NCBI GenBank assembly: GCA_963816355.1
Contig: CAWFKH010000006.1
Coordinates: 352,001-416,000, forward strand
Length of the DNA stretch: 64,000 nucleotides
Source of the DNA: an uncultured Gemmatimonadales bacterium
Lineage (GTDB): Bacteria > Gemmatimonadota > Gemmatimonadetes > Longimicrobiales > RSA9
Direction: 5' to 3'
In this document: positions 1-10,259 of the stretch, one piece after another
Layout: each line of letters starts with the position of its first letter
Numbering within the stretch: position 1 is the stretch's first letter
Notes under the pieces: model-generated
What the model was told of the DNA's origin: nothing
Database searches by the model: none
Seen by the model: the letters and a program-made list of their open reading frames with translations, nothing else
Translations under genes and position numbers: made by a program

Positions 1-966
1 TTTCGCGAGCCACTCGACGAGCGGCTGATCGAGCGGCTGCAGGGCCTCTTCGAAACCGTCGCGGCGGACCGCTTCCTCGGCGTGCCTCTCGTCGCACGCG
101 GGCGCGTGATCGGACTGCTCGCGGTGGTGCCCGACGACGATCGCATCCCCGCGGACGCGGACGAATGGCTCCTCTCCGCGATCGCCGACCAGGCGGCGGT
201 CGCGATCGAGCACGCCCGCCTCGAGGGCCAGGTCCGGCGCGAGATCGAGGAGCGCCTCGAGATCCTGGAGGGCGCGACGAAGTCGAAAGAACGCACGCTC
301 GCGACCCTCGCCCACGAGATGCGGACGCCGATGAACGCGATCGATTCCTACGCCGAACTGATGGAGATGGGCCTGATGGGGCCGGTCACCGAGCGGCAGG
401 CGGAGGCGCTCGGTCGCATCCGCATGAGCGGCCGCCACCTGCTCGCGGTCCTCGAGAACGTCCTCGAGATGGCCCGCCTCAGCGCCGGCGTCGCCCGGCT
501 CGACGCGGTGCGCGTCGACGTGGGCCGCGTGCTGCGCCAGGCGGTGCAGCTCGTGCTGCCGCGGGCCGCCGAGAAGGAGATCCGGATCCACGCCGCCGAC
601 GGCCCCGAGATCTCCGTTCTCGCCGACCCCGCGCGCCTGCGGCAGGTGATCATCAACGTCCTCGACAACGCCGTGAAGTACACGCCGCCGCGGGGCCACA
701 TCCGCATCACGACGTCGCTCGACGAGAGCGGCGACGCGCCGTTCTGCGTCATCGCCATGGAGGACTCCGGCCCCGGCGTCCCACGCGACCTGCGCAAGCA
801 CATCTTCGAGCCGTACTACCGCATCGCCGGCACGGAGTCTCCCTCCGGCTCCGGCCTCGGCCTCGCGATCTCGAGCGAGCTGCTGCGCCAGATGGGCGGC
901 ACGATCGACGTGACCGGCGAGCCCGGCGAAGGCGCGACGTTCAGGTTACGCCTGACGCTCGCCTGA
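1..966 (+). CDS. GAF-domain sensor histidine kinase (5' partial)
   Basis: Frame open from base 1. GAF-like LGVPLVARGRVIG, H-box LAHEMRTPMNAI, N-box NVLDNAVKYT, G boxes DSGPG and GSGLGL. Confidence 0.9.
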   Translation, partial: FREPLDERLIERLQGLFETVAADRFLGVPLVARGRVIGLLAVVPDDDRIPADADEWLLSAIADQAAVAIEHARLEGQVRREIEERLEILEGATKSKERTLATLAHEMRTPMNAIDSYAELMEMGLMGPVTERQAEALGRIRMSGRHLLAVLENVLEMARLSAGVARLDAVRVDVGRVLRQAVQLVLPRAAEKEIRIHAADGPEISVLADPARLRQVIINVLDNAVKYTPPRGHIRITTSLDESGDAPFCVIAMEDSGPGVPRDLRKHIFEPYYRIAGTESPSGSGLGLAISSELLRQMGGTIDVTGEPGEGATFRLRLTLA

Positions 967-1380
967 AGCTCGCCTGGCGGCGAGGGAAGCTCGCCTGGCG
1001 GCGAGGGAAGCCCGCCTTGCGGCGGGGGAAGCTCGCCTTGCGGCGAGGGAAGCTCGCCTTGCGGCGAGGTCCCGCCTTGCGGCGGGGGAAGCTCGCCTTG
1101 CGGCGAGGGAAGCTCGCCTTGCGGCGAGGTCCCGCCTTGCGGCGGGGGAAGCTCGCCTTGCGGCGAGGGAAGCTCGCCTTGCGGCGAGGTCCCGCCTTGC
1201 GGCGGGGGAAGCTCGCCTTGCGGCGAGGTCCCGCCTGACGGCGGAGGAAGCTCGCCTGCGGCGAGGGCCCGCCTGACGGCGGAGGAAGCTCGCCTGCGGC
1301 GAGGGCCCGCCTGACGGCGGGGGAAGCTCGCCTGCGGCGAGGGCCCGCCTGACGGCGGGGGAAGCTCGCCTGCGGCGAGG
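965..1380 (+). repeat. Tandem array of 21 palindromic 18-21 bp units (GAAG-CTCGCC-loop-GGCGAG-G), REP/BIME-like
   Basis: Read directly. 60-bp higher-order period at 1021-1200, then 38-bp period to 1380. No unique spacers. Confidence 0.9.
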
Positions 1381-1415
1381 GCCCGGCTTAATCCAGCAAC
1401 TGGGTGCTGCGGAGT

Positions 1416-1611
1416 TTCCCCTGCGCAGCAGGCCCCCGGCGGAGCCGGCTTCCCTCGCCGTCAGGCGAGCTTCCCCTGCGCAGCAGGCCCCCGGCGGAGC
1501 CGGCTTCCCTCGCCGTCAGGCGAGCTTCCCCTGCGCAGCAGGCTTCCCTCGCGTCAGCGAGCTTCCCTCGCCGCCAAGGCGAGCGTCAGCTTCCCTCGCC
1601 GCCAGGCGAGC
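1416..1611 (-). repeat. Inverted copies of the same palindromic unit, with a 55-bp tandem duplication
   Basis: CTTCCCTCGCC..GGCGAG units at ~1449, 1504, 1543, 1562, 1590. 55-bp repeats start at 1416, 1471, 1526 (last one partial). Confidence 0.85.
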
Positions 1612-4600
1612 GCCGGGGCCGACGAGCCATGTGCGCAGGCGCGTTGCGGCGGCGTCGAGGATCAGGTAGGCGCTCGGCACGACGAAGAGGGTGAGCAGGG
1701 TCGAGACGCTGAGGCCGCCGACGACGGCGATGGCGAGCGGCTGCATCAGCTCCGAGCCGCTGCCGATGCCGAAGGCGAGCGGCAGCATGCCGAAGATCGT
1801 CGTGAGCGTCGTCATGAGGATCGGTCGGAGGCGGACGGCGCCGGCCTCGACGACGGCCTGCTCGCGGGTGAGCCCCTGTTCCCGCCGGCCGATCTCGATG
1901 TACTCCACCAGCAGGATCGCATTGTTGACGACGATGCCGGCGAGCAGGATGACGCCGAGCAGGACCGGCGCGCTGAGCGGCGTGCCGGTGACGCGCAGCA
2001 GCAGTCCCACGCCGATGAGCGAGAGCGGAATGGCGAGGATGATGACGAACGGGTTGACGACGCTCTCGTACTGCACCGCCATCACGACGAAGACGAGGAA
2101 GATGGCGAGCAGGACGACGATGGTGAGCTGCCGGTTGTTGTCGCGGATCGCCTCCTCGTCGCCGCCGAAGATGATGCCGTAGCCGTCGGGAACGGCGAGG
2201 CCGGCGAGTCGGGCGCGGATCGAGTCGTTCACCTCGCCGACGCTCGCGACCTCGGTCACGACGTCGCCGGTGAGGCGCAGCACGCGGTTCTGGTTGACGC
2301 GCAGGATGTTGGTCGGGCCGAGCGCGTTGTAGACGCGTGCGACGTCGCGCAGGTAGATCGGCGCGCCGCCGGCGCCGCCGGGGAAGAGCGCGACGGAGCC
2401 GAGGTCCTCGGGGCTGCGGAAGCGGTCGTGCGGGAACATGACGCGCAGGTCGTACTCCTGGTTGCCGGACGTGTAGCGGGTGGCGACGGTGCCGTCGAGC
2501 GCGGTGCGCAGCGTCTGTCCGACGGCGGCGACGCTGAGGCCGAGGTAGGCCGCGCGTTCGCGGTCGAGCACGACGGCGAGCTGCGGGCTCGCCTCGTCGG
2601 CGGAGGGTTCGAGGTTCTCCAGGCCGGGCACGCCTTTGACGCGCGCACTGATCTCCTCGCCGATGCGGCGCAGCTCCGGCAGCGCGTCGCCCTGAACGCT
2701 GAGCGCGACGGAGGAGCCGGCGCGCGAGGTGCGCAGGCCGCGGATGCGGGGCGGCCGGACGTAGACGCGAGCGCCGGGAAAGCCGTGCGCGTCGATCTTC
2801 GCCTGGAGCTGCCGCACCCACTCGTCGGCCGTGATGTCGCGTTCGTTGGAGGGTGCGAGGACGATGCTGATCGAGCCGCGTCCCGCGTTCTCGCTGGTCG
2901 AGCCACCGAAGAGGAAGCCGCCGGCGGTGGCGAAGACGTTCTGCACGGCAGGCATGTCGCGCACCATCGCCTCGATCTCGCGCGTGATGCGGTCGGTCTC
3001 GAAGGCGGAGGCGCCGGGCGGCAGGTTGACGGAGACGCTGACGTTGCCGTCGTCGACCTGGGGCAGGAACTCGTTGCCGAGGTCGCGCGCGAGGAAGAGG
3101 GCGAGGGCGAGCGCGGCTGCGGCGCCGCCGAGGATGGCCCAGCGCCAGCGGGCGAGGCTGCGCGCGGCGGCGCGGCGGTAGAGATCGCGCAGGCGGTCCA
3201 TGCCGCGGTCGAAGGCGACGAGCGGCCGCCAGCGCTTGAGTCCGCTCTCGAAGCGGATCTTGCCGAGCTGCGCCGAGAGCATCGGCACGATGGTGAGCGC
3301 GACGCCGAGGCTGGCCAGGATGGCGAAGGAAATTGTCAGGATCAGCTCGCGGAAGATGAGCGCTGCGAGGCCGCTGATCAGCAGGAACGGCACGACGGCG
3401 GCGAGGTTGGTAGCCGTCGAGGCGACGACGGCGCTCTGCACCTCTCCGGAGCCGGTGTGGGCGGCCTCCTCGACGTCCTCGTGGCGCTGTTCCCTGTGCC
3501 GGAAGATGTTCTCCAGCATGACGATCGAGTTGTCGATGAGCAGCCCCACGCCGAGCGCGAGGCCGCCGAGCGACATCACGTTCAGCGTCAGGTGGCCCAT
3601 GCCCATCATCACGAACGTCGCCAGGATCGCGATCGGGATGGCGAGCCCGATGATGAACGTCTTGCGCAGCGAGCCGAGGAAGAGCAGCACGACGAGCATG
3701 GCGAGCAGGGCGCCGAGCAGCGCGGCGCTGCGCACGGACGCGACCGAGTTGCGGATGAAGGTCGCCTGGTCCTGAATCGTGCGGAAGTCGATGTCGGGCG
3801 GCACGAAGCCGGACGCCTTGAGCGAGGCGAGGCGGCCGGCGACGCCGCTGGCGACGGCCACGGTGTTGGCGTTCGGCTGTTTGCGGATCGACAGCTTGAC
3901 GGCGGGGGTGCCGTCGAGGCGTGCCCACAGCCGCTGCTCGCGGTTGGTGTCGCGGACGTCGGCCACCTCGGTGATCGGGACGCGGCCGCCGCCGGCGACG
4001 GGGAGCAGCACGTTCTGGATGTCCTCGACGCTGCGGAACTTGCCGGCGGTCTTGCCGATCACCTCGCGGGTCGGCGAGGAGACACGCCCGGCGGCGACGT
4101 CCTGGTTGGCGGCACGCACCGCGTCGATCACCTGGGACACGGTGAGGCCGTAGGAGCGCAGCCGTTCCTGGTCGAGGATCACCTGGATCTCGCGGATGAG
4201 GCCGCCCGAGATGTCGACCGAGGCGACGCCGCCGATCGTCAGCAGCTGCGGGCGAAGGCGGTACTCGACCCAGTCGCGCAGCGCGATCAGGTCACGCGTG
4301 GGCGACGAGAAGGCGACCTCGTAGACCGGCGACTGCGACGGGTCGAACTTGAAGATGGTGGGCGGATCGGCCTCCTCCGGCAGCGAGCCGCGGGCGCGGT
4401 CGAGGTTCTTCGCCGCGTCCTGCAGCGCGAAATCGACGTCCGTGCCGTAGGCGAAGTGGAGGTTCACGCCGACGCGGTCCTCGCGCACCTCCGTCTCCAT
4501 CTCTTCGAGGTCTTCCGTCGTGGCGAGCGCGGCCTCGAGCGGCTTCGCGACCGTCTCTTCGAGGACCTGCGGCTCCACGCCGCGGTCGCTGACCGAGATG

Positions 4601-4770
4601 CGGATCTGCGGGTAGACGATCGTCGGCAGCAGGTCGAGGGGCAGCCCGCGCAGGAAGAAGAAGCCGAGCACGACGACGACGGACGTCAGCATCAGCGTGC
4701 CGATCGGGCGGCGGATCGAGAAGCTCGGCAGCCCGCGACGGCCGCTCTGGCGCTTCCGCGGCGCGCTCAC
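1516..4770 (-). CDS. RND efflux permease (AcrB/AcrD/AcrF family)
   Basis: 1084 aa. SIRRP N-terminus, GLLIDNSIVMLEN, RLRPILMT, PLAIAVVGGL. Confidence 0.95.
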   Translation of the reverse strand: MSAPRKRQSGRRGLPSFSIRRPIGTLMLTSVVVVLGFFFLRGLPLDLLPTIVYPQIRISVSDRGVEPQVLEETVAKPLEAALATTEDLEEMETEVREDRVGVNLHFAYGTDVDFALQDAAKNLDRARGSLPEEADPPTIFKFDPSQSPVYEVAFSSPTRDLIALRDWVEYRLRPQLLTIGGVASVDISGGLIREIQVILDQERLRSYGLTVSQVIDAVRAANQDVAAGRVSSPTREVIGKTAGKFRSVEDIQNVLLPVAGGGRVPITEVADVRDTNREQRLWARLDGTPAVKLSIRKQPNANTVAVASGVAGRLASLKASGFVPPDIDFRTIQDQATFIRNSVASVRSAALLGALLAMLVVLLFLGSLRKTFIIGLAIPIAILATFVMMGMGHLTLNVMSLGGLALGVGLLIDNSIVMLENIFRHREQRHEDVEEAAHTGSGEVQSAVVASTATNLAAVVPFLLISGLAALIFRELILTISFAILASLGVALTIVPMLSAQLGKIRFESGLKRWRPLVAFDRGMDRLRDLYRRAAARSLARWRWAILGGAAAALALALFLARDLGNEFLPQVDDGNVSVSVNLPPGASAFETDRITREIEAMVRDMPAVQNVFATAGGFLFGGSTSENAGRGSISIVLAPSNERDITADEWVRQLQAKIDAHGFPGARVYVRPPRIRGLRTSRAGSSVALSVQGDALPELRRIGEEISARVKGVPGLENLEPSADEASPQLAVVLDRERAAYLGLSVAAVGQTLRTALDGTVATRYTSGNQEYDLRVMFPHDRFRSPEDLGSVALFPGGAGGAPIYLRDVARVYNALGPTNILRVNQNRVLRLTGDVVTEVASVGEVNDSIRARLAGLAVPDGYGIIFGGDEEAIRDNNRQLTIVVLLAIFLVFVVMAVQYESVVNPFVIILAIPLSLIGVGLLLRVTGTPLSAPVLLGVILLAGIVVNNAILLVEYIEIGRREQGLTREQAVVEAGAVRLRPILMTTLTTIFGMLPLAFGIGSGSELMQPLAIAVVGGLSVSTLLTLFVVPSAYLILDAAATRLRTWLVGPGARLAAREADARLGGEGSSLTRGKPAAQGKLA

Positions 4771-5900
4771 CCCTCGCCTCCCACCGCCGCGCCGCGCGCG
4801 TCCGCGGGCGCTGGAGCGGCGGTGCCGGGCGGCATGATGCGCACCGGCGTGCCGTCGCGCAGCGCGTTGTTGCCCGCGGTCACCACCTGCTCGCCTTCGG
4901 AAAGGCCGGCCAGGACCTCGACGCGCCCGTTCGACGTCATCCCGGTCGAGACGGAGCGGCGCAGCGCCTTGCCGTCCTCGACCACGAACACCGCGTCGGA
5001 GCCCGCGCCGCCCACGATGGCGCCGGCGGGGACGAGGAGCACGCCGTCCTTGGCGTCGAGCGCGAACGTGGTGCGCGCGAGGAAGCCGGGCCGTACCAGG
5101 CGCGTCGCGGCGCCGGCGAGCGCGACCTCCACCGTGACCAGACGCGTGTTCGGGTCGGCGGTGGGGAAGACGCGCCGGATGCGCCCGACGATCGGCGTCG
5201 TCGGCAGCGCGTCGACCACGATCTCGACGCGGTCGCCCGCGTGCAGCTCCGGCACGTCCAGCTCGGAGACGCCGACCTGCACCACGAGTGTCGAGACGTC
5301 GGCGATGGTGAAGAGGTGCGTCTGCGGCGCGACGGCGTCGCCGGCCTCGACGAGCTTCTGCGTGACGACGCCGCTGAGCGGCGCGCGCACCGTGGCGTAC
5401 GAGATGCGCGTGCGGATCTGGTCGAGCTGCGCCTTCGCGGACGCGAAGGCGGTGCGGTCGCGTTCGAACTCGGGCAGCGTGATGACCTTGCGCTCACGCA
5501 GCTGCGTGGAGCGGTCGAGCGCGGCCCGGGCGACGTCGTACGCCGCCTGCGCCGCGTCGAGCTGCGCCTGCAGCTCGGCGTCGTCGAGCCGCGCCAGCAC
5601 GGCGCCCTGCCGGACGCGGTCCCCCTCCTGCACGTTCACGGCGGTGAGCGCAGCGGAGAGGCGGCTGTTGACCGCGATCTCGCGCAGCGGGTGCACGACG
5701 CCGGCCACCGTGAGCGAGCGCGCGATCGTGCCGCGCACCACGGGCACCGCCTCGACCGCGACCACGCGTGCCCCGGCGGGGCCGCCGACGCGCGACGCGG
5801 CCTGCTCGGCCGCGTCGCCCTCGCCGCACGCCGCGGCGAGCGCGACCACGCCGGCGAAGGATAGCGCCGCGAGAGCGCGGGAAGACGACGATCTATTCAC
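4767..5900 (-). CDS. RND efflux periplasmic adaptor (MFP)
   Basis: Lipoprotein signal LAAAC, VQEGDRVRQGAVLARLD, VRAPLSGVV, GLSEGEQVV. GTGA overlap with the permease. Confidence 0.93.
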   Translation of the reverse strand: MNRSSSSRALAALSFAGVVALAAACGEGDAAEQAASRVGGPAGARVVAVEAVPVVRGTIARSLTVAGVVHPLREIAVNSRLSAALTAVNVQEGDRVRQGAVLARLDDAELQAQLDAAQAAYDVARAALDRSTQLRERKVITLPEFERDRTAFASAKAQLDQIRTRISYATVRAPLSGVVTQKLVEAGDAVAPQTHLFTIADVSTLVVQVGVSELDVPELHAGDRVEIVVDALPTTPIVGRIRRVFPTADPNTRLVTVEVALAGAATRLVRPGFLARTTFALDAKDGVLLVPAGAIVGGAGSDAVFVVEDGKALRRSVSTGMTSNGRVEVLAGLSEGEQVVTAGNNALRDGTPVRIMPPGTAAPAPADARGAAVGGEG

Positions 5901-7311
5901 GATCCTGCTCCTCTTCCGAGATGCTGCTTCCGAGAATCGACTGGAGGCGGGCGACGGCGGTGCCGAGCGCCTGCCGCTCGCGCACCGTCTGCACTTCGGC
6001 GTCGGCGAGCGCGACCTGGGATGCCTGCAGGTCGAGGATCGTCGAGGCGCCGAGCTGGTAGCGTTCCTCCTGCACGCGCAGGTCCTCGCGGGCCAGCGCG
6101 AGACCGCGGCCGGAGATTTCGATGCGACGCCGGGCGGCGGCGATCGCGTCGACCGCCGCCTCGACCTGGGCCCGCACCGCGAGCGTGGCGTCCCGGTTCG
6201 TCGCCTCCGCGGAGCGCTCGAGCGCGGCAGCGCGCTGCACCGAAGCCTCGCGCTGAAAGCCGTTGAAGAGGGGGAGCGAGGCGCTCAGCCGGAAGCTCCA
6301 GCTCTGCTGGTTCGGCGGGAACTGGAAGGAGAACCAGTCGTAGCCGCCGGTCAGCCGCAGCGAGGGCAGGTACGGCGTGTAGGCGGCGAGGCGGTCGGCG
6401 TGGCGGCTGCGCAGCGTCGCCCGCGCGGCGACGATGTCCGGCGCCGACCGCCTGGCGCGCGCCACCAGCGTCTCGGTGGAGGGCAGCGACGGCGCGGTCT
6501 CCGGCAGCGAGCCGGGCGCGGCGTGCACCGCCGCCGCAACGCCGATCCGGCGGCCGAGCTCGAGCTCAGCGGCGCGCAGGGCCGTACCCGCGTCCACCAC
6601 GGCCAGCTCGGCGTTGCCGACCTCGATCTCGGCGCGCAGCTCGTCGGAGCGCGTGGCGGTCCCCACGTCCAGGCGGGTGCGGGCGAACTCGAGCTGCTGC
6701 CGCGCGCGCTCGAGGCGGCCGCGCGCAGCGGCGAGGATGTCGCCCGCCGCGGCGGCGTCGTAGTAGACCTGCGTGGTCTCGAGCATCGTGCGGTAGCGCT
6801 CCGCGCGATACGACGCGTCCGCCGCCGTGAGCTGCGCCGACGCCGCCCGGTGTTGCGCGAAGCGGCGGCCGCCGGTGAAGACGTCGTAGCTCGCGGTCGC
6901 CTGCGACGTGTAGCTCTCCGAGACGAGGCGCCCGGTCGATTGATCGAAACGCTCGTTGCTGGAGTTGGTGTAGGTGCTGCCCAGCGTGAGCGTTGGCAGG
7001 AAGGCGCCGCGGGCCTGGAGCACGCCCGCCCGCGCGCTGGAGACGCCGGCCGCCGCCGCGACCGCCGCCGGACTCGCGTCGAGCGAGAGCCGGATCGCCT
7101 CGTCGAGCGTCACCGTCGAGTCCGTCCCGATCCGGGCGCCGCCCTGCGCGGCGAGCGGCGCGCCACTTTGCGCGGCGAGCGGAAGGGGCACGGCCGCTGC
7201 GAGGAGGAACAGCGCGAGACCGCCGCGGCTCCGGTGCGGAGCGTCGCCGCGCCGTCGGTCCAGGGCGAGGCCGTCGCGCCGCTGGCTCCTCGCGTTGCAC
7301 TGCACCTGCAT
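5893..7311 (-). CDS. TolC-family outer membrane efflux protein
   Basis: ATG at 7311 after GAGGAGGAG. TLDEAIRLSL, LPLFNG, ERYQLGASTILDL. Confidence 0.9.
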   Translation of the reverse strand: MQVQCNARSQRRDGLALDRRRGDAPHRSRGGLALFLLAAAVPLPLAAQSGAPLAAQGGARIGTDSTVTLDEAIRLSLDASPAAVAAAAGVSSARAGVLQARGAFLPTLTLGSTYTNSSNERFDQSTGRLVSESYTSQATASYDVFTGGRRFAQHRAASAQLTAADASYRAERYRTMLETTQVYYDAAAAGDILAAARGRLERARQQLEFARTRLDVGTATRSDELRAEIEVGNAELAVVDAGTALRAAELELGRRIGVAAAVHAAPGSLPETAPSLPSTETLVARARRSAPDIVAARATLRSRHADRLAAYTPYLPSLRLTGGYDWFSFQFPPNQQSWSFRLSASLPLFNGFQREASVQRAAALERSAEATNRDATLAVRAQVEAAVDAIAAARRRIEISGRGLALAREDLRVQEERYQLGASTILDLQASQVALADAEVQTVRERQALGTAVARLQSILGSSISEEEQDRE

Positions 7312-7476
7312 TGCACTCCTCCTCGGTCCGGCACGCCGGCGGCGCACGCAATTCCCCCCAACCCCCGTCCGCTGGTGGACGGTCTAGGATGGACGCGCGA
7401 GCGGGGGAAAGCGTTGAAGAGAAGCGGGAGATGCCGACGTATGCTCCCCTCTGGACGCGCGCATGGGCCGCGGCGG

Positions 7477-7511
7477 CTGTCACCGTCCTGTAAGGCGCGT
7501 CCGCGCATGCT
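7477..7511 (+). promoter_or_regulatory. Putative OmpR/PhoB-type direct-repeat box (CTGTCA-N5-CTGTAA) and -10 CATGCT
   Basis: 11-bp-spaced direct repeat 12 nt upstream of a -10-like hexamer. Same geometry at 10260. Confidence 0.5.
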
Positions 7512-7556
7512 GCGGCGATTGTAGCGCACGTCCACTTCCGCAGGGAGAACGCTGCC

Positions 7557-8249
7557 GTGAGACCTGGTGTACGGACGGTGACGCGCAGGACGCGGAGCGC
7601 GATCGCGATCCTGCTCGTCGGGTTGGGGGCGGTGTCGTGCGGGCGCTCGAGGGCGGGCTCCAGCGGCCGGCACACCGGGACGGGGTCGTTGCCGGCCGTG
7701 CTCGACCGCGCGGAGAGCCTGGCGGAGGACGTGCAGGATGACATTCTGGGCGGCGATTGGGCGGCTGCGTCGAGCAAGGTGGCGATGCTGGACTCGCAGG
7801 CCGATTCGATTGCTGTGCTCGTACCGGCCGTCGGGGCGGCGAAGTGGGCGGCCGACGTCGCCGCGCTGCGGGCGCGCATCGCGCGTCGGGACCGACTTCG
7901 CGGGCTCGAGGCCGCGAATGCGCTGAGTCGCGTCGTGGCGGACGCGTCGTCGTCGTATGATACGCGCGTCCCGGCGGCTGTCTCGTACATGGACATCGCC
8001 GGCCGCTCCGTGGTGTACGCGGCGGAGTCCGGCGCGTGGAGCACCGCGGCAAGTGCGGCCGCGGAGCTGCGCTCGAGCTACGACTCGGTGCGCGGGTTCG
8101 TGCGACGGCGGGGCGGGGCGCTGGACGGCCAAGTGGCTGCGGAGCTGGACAGGATCGACCGCGCGATCGACGCTCGTGACGCCGCGGTGGCGAGCCACGC
8201 GTCGAGCGCGGTGCTGGAGGACGTGGACCGGATCGAGAGGCTGTACTGA
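7557..8249 (+). CDS. Hypothetical helical lipoprotein heading the two-component operon
   Basis: SD GGGAG, lipobox LGAVSC, two similar helical halves (DWAAAS.. and AWSTAA..). Confidence 0.7.
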   Translation: MRPGVRTVTRRTRSAIAILLVGLGAVSCGRSRAGSSGRHTGTGSLPAVLDRAESLAEDVQDDILGGDWAAASSKVAMLDSQADSIAVLVPAVGAAKWAADVAALRARIARRDRLRGLEAANALSRVVADASSSYDTRVPAAVSYMDIAGRSVVYAAESGAWSTAASAAAELRSSYDSVRGFVRRRGGALDGQVAAELDRIDRAIDARDAAVASHASSAVLEDVDRIERLY

Positions 8250-8295
8250 TGCGGTGAGGCCACGGCGGCGGCCCACGGCGGGGCGAGGCGGACCG

Positions 8296-8964
8296 ATGCA
8301 CGTGCTGGTAATCGAGGACGATCCGGAGCTGGCCCGGATCCTTCAGCGGGGTTTCGGCGACGAGGGGATCGCTGTCGCGCTCGCGACGGATTTCCAGGCC
8401 GGGAAGATGAAGGCGATCCTGGGCAGCTACGACGTGATCGTGCTGGACGTCATGCTTCCGGGCGGGAGCGGCTTCGATCTGTGCGCGCGGCTGCGCGAGC
8501 GCGGGGTGACCACGCCCGTGCTGATGCTCACCGCTCGGGTCGCGGTGGACGACCGAGTGCGTGGCCTCGAGGGCGGCGCGGACGATTACCTGACCAAGCC
8601 GTTCGCCTTTCGTGAGCTGCTCGCCCGCGTGCGGGCGCTCGCGCGGCGGCCGTCGGCGCTGGCGAGCGACACGTTCGAGCTTTTCGACCTGCAGGCGGAC
8701 CTGCGCAGTCATCGCGTCGAGCGCGGCGGCCGCGAGATCCGGCTGACCGCCCGGGAATGGAACCTGCTCGAATTTTTCATCCGCCATGTGGATGCCGTGG
8801 TCGATCGCGCCGGCATCTCCGCCTACGTATGGGACGACAACCACGATCCGTTCTCCAACGTGCTGGAGGTGCTCATCGGGCGGCTGCGCCGCAAGATCGA
8901 CGACGCGTTCGAGCGGAAGTTGATCCACACGATCCGCGGCGCCGGCTACCGCTTCGGGCCGTGA
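8296..8964 (+). CDS. OmpR-family response regulator
   Basis: MHVLVIEDD, LDVMLP, GADDYLTKPF, HTIRGAGY. Confidence 0.95.
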   Translation: MHVLVIEDDPELARILQRGFGDEGIAVALATDFQAGKMKAILGSYDVIVLDVMLPGGSGFDLCARLRERGVTTPVLMLTARVAVDDRVRGLEGGADDYLTKPFAFRELLARVRALARRPSALASDTFELFDLQADLRSHRVERGGREIRLTAREWNLLEFFIRHVDAVVDRAGISAYVWDDNHDPFSNVLEVLIGRLRRKIDDAFERKLIHTIRGAGYRFGP

Positions 8965-8983
8965 GCCGGCGCTCGCGCCGTCC

Positions 8984-10252
8984 ATGATCGAGGAGCTGCG
9001 TCGGCTCCGCGTCCGGCTCACCGCGTGGTACGTCGGCGTGTTCGCGCTCGTCCTGATCGCCTTCGGTGCCGCGCTGTTCTACGTGCTGACGCGCCAGATC
9101 TCCGCCCGCCTGGACGATGCCCTCGCCGACGCCGCCGACGAGTTGCAGCGCGCGGCGCTGATTCGCGAACGCGAGGGGCCGCCCGGCCCCGGCGGCGCGG
9201 ACGCGTTCGACGAGCTGCGCATCCCGGACCGCGAGCTCTACGTCTTCGACGCCGCCGCTCATCCGATCCATCCCGACACGGTCGCGCCGTGGCTGCGAGA
9301 GATCGCCGGCGAGGCCTTGCGATCCGGGGAGGTGATGACGGAGCGTGATCTCGCGCGCGGGCGCACGTGGCGCATTTACGCCCGCCGCTTCACCGTCCCC
9401 GGTTCACGCACCCTCGTGGCGCTCACCGCCGCCGACGCCGTCGAGATCGACCACCAGTACGCCGGCCTGCTCCTCGCCTTCGCCCTCGCCGCGCTGGTCG
9501 CGCTCGCGTTCGTCGGCCTCGGCGGCTGGCTCCTCGCACGGCGCTCCACGGAGCCGGTGCGGGATGCGTTTCAACGCATGCGCGGCTTCACCGCCGACGC
9601 CGCGCACGAGCTCCGCACACCGGTCGCCGTGCTCGGCGGCCACGCCGAGGTGGCGCTACGGCAGCCGCGATCGAGGGAGGAATACGTCGAGATTCTCGGC
9701 GCGATTCAGGCCGAGGCCGCCCGCCTCGGCGGCATCGTCGAGAACCTGCTCACGATCGCGCGCGCCGACGCCGCCGCCTGGCCGGTCCGCTTCGAGTCGG
9801 TCTTTCTTGACGACCTTCTCCTCGACACCATCGAGCGCGCCCGCGTGATCGGCGACAACCGCGGCGTGCGCATCAATGTCTCCTCCTTCGACGAGCTGCC
9901 GGTCCGCGGCGACCCGGACCTCCTTCGCCAGCTCCTGATGATCCTGCTCGACAACGCCCTCAAGTTCACCCCGGTGGGCGGCCGCGTCGACGCCGCCGCG
10001 CTGCGCCACGATACGTCCGCGGAGGTCGTCGTCTCGGATACCGGCGTCGGCATCCCGGCCGCCCGGCTGCCGCGCGTGTTCGACCGGTTTCACCGCGGCG
10101 ACGACGCGCGCGGAGTCGCGCACGGCGCCGGCCTCGGCCTCTCCATCGCCCGCTGGATCATCGATGCCCACAACGCCGCGATCGACATCGACTCCGAGCC
10201 GGGCGGCGGCACCACCGTCCGCGTCCGCTTCCCGCTCGATGCCGCCCGCTGA
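8984..10252 (+). CDS. Sensor histidine kinase (two TM helices; CusS/CzcS/QseC-like)
   Basis: ADAAHELRTP, LLDNALKFT, DTGVGI, GAGLGLSI. Confidence 0.95.
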   Translation: MIEELRRLRVRLTAWYVGVFALVLIAFGAALFYVLTRQISARLDDALADAADELQRAALIREREGPPGPGGADAFDELRIPDRELYVFDAAAHPIHPDTVAPWLREIAGEALRSGEVMTERDLARGRTWRIYARRFTVPGSRTLVALTAADAVEIDHQYAGLLLAFALAALVALAFVGLGGWLLARRSTEPVRDAFQRMRGFTADAAHELRTPVAVLGGHAEVALRQPRSREEYVEILGAIQAEAARLGGIVENLLTIARADAAAWPVRFESVFLDDLLLDTIERARVIGDNRGVRINVSSFDELPVRGDPDLLRQLLMILLDNALKFTPVGGRVDAAALRHDTSAEVVVSDTGVGIPAARLPRVFDRFHRGDDARGVAHGAGLGLSIARWIIDAHNAAIDIDSEPGGGTTVRVRFPLDAAR

Positions 10253-10259
10253 GCCGGTC

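Noticed and set aside
165..1238. ORF ending in KLALRRG repeats
   Set aside because: Off-frame shadow of the kinase running into the DNA repeat.
965..1611. CRISPR array
   Set aside because: Units abut with no unique spacers, and no cas genes are in the window.
2428..7524. 1698-aa plus-strand ORF, and similar long ORFs such as 58627-62421
   Set aside because: Antisense shadows of real genes; stop codons are rare at this GC content.
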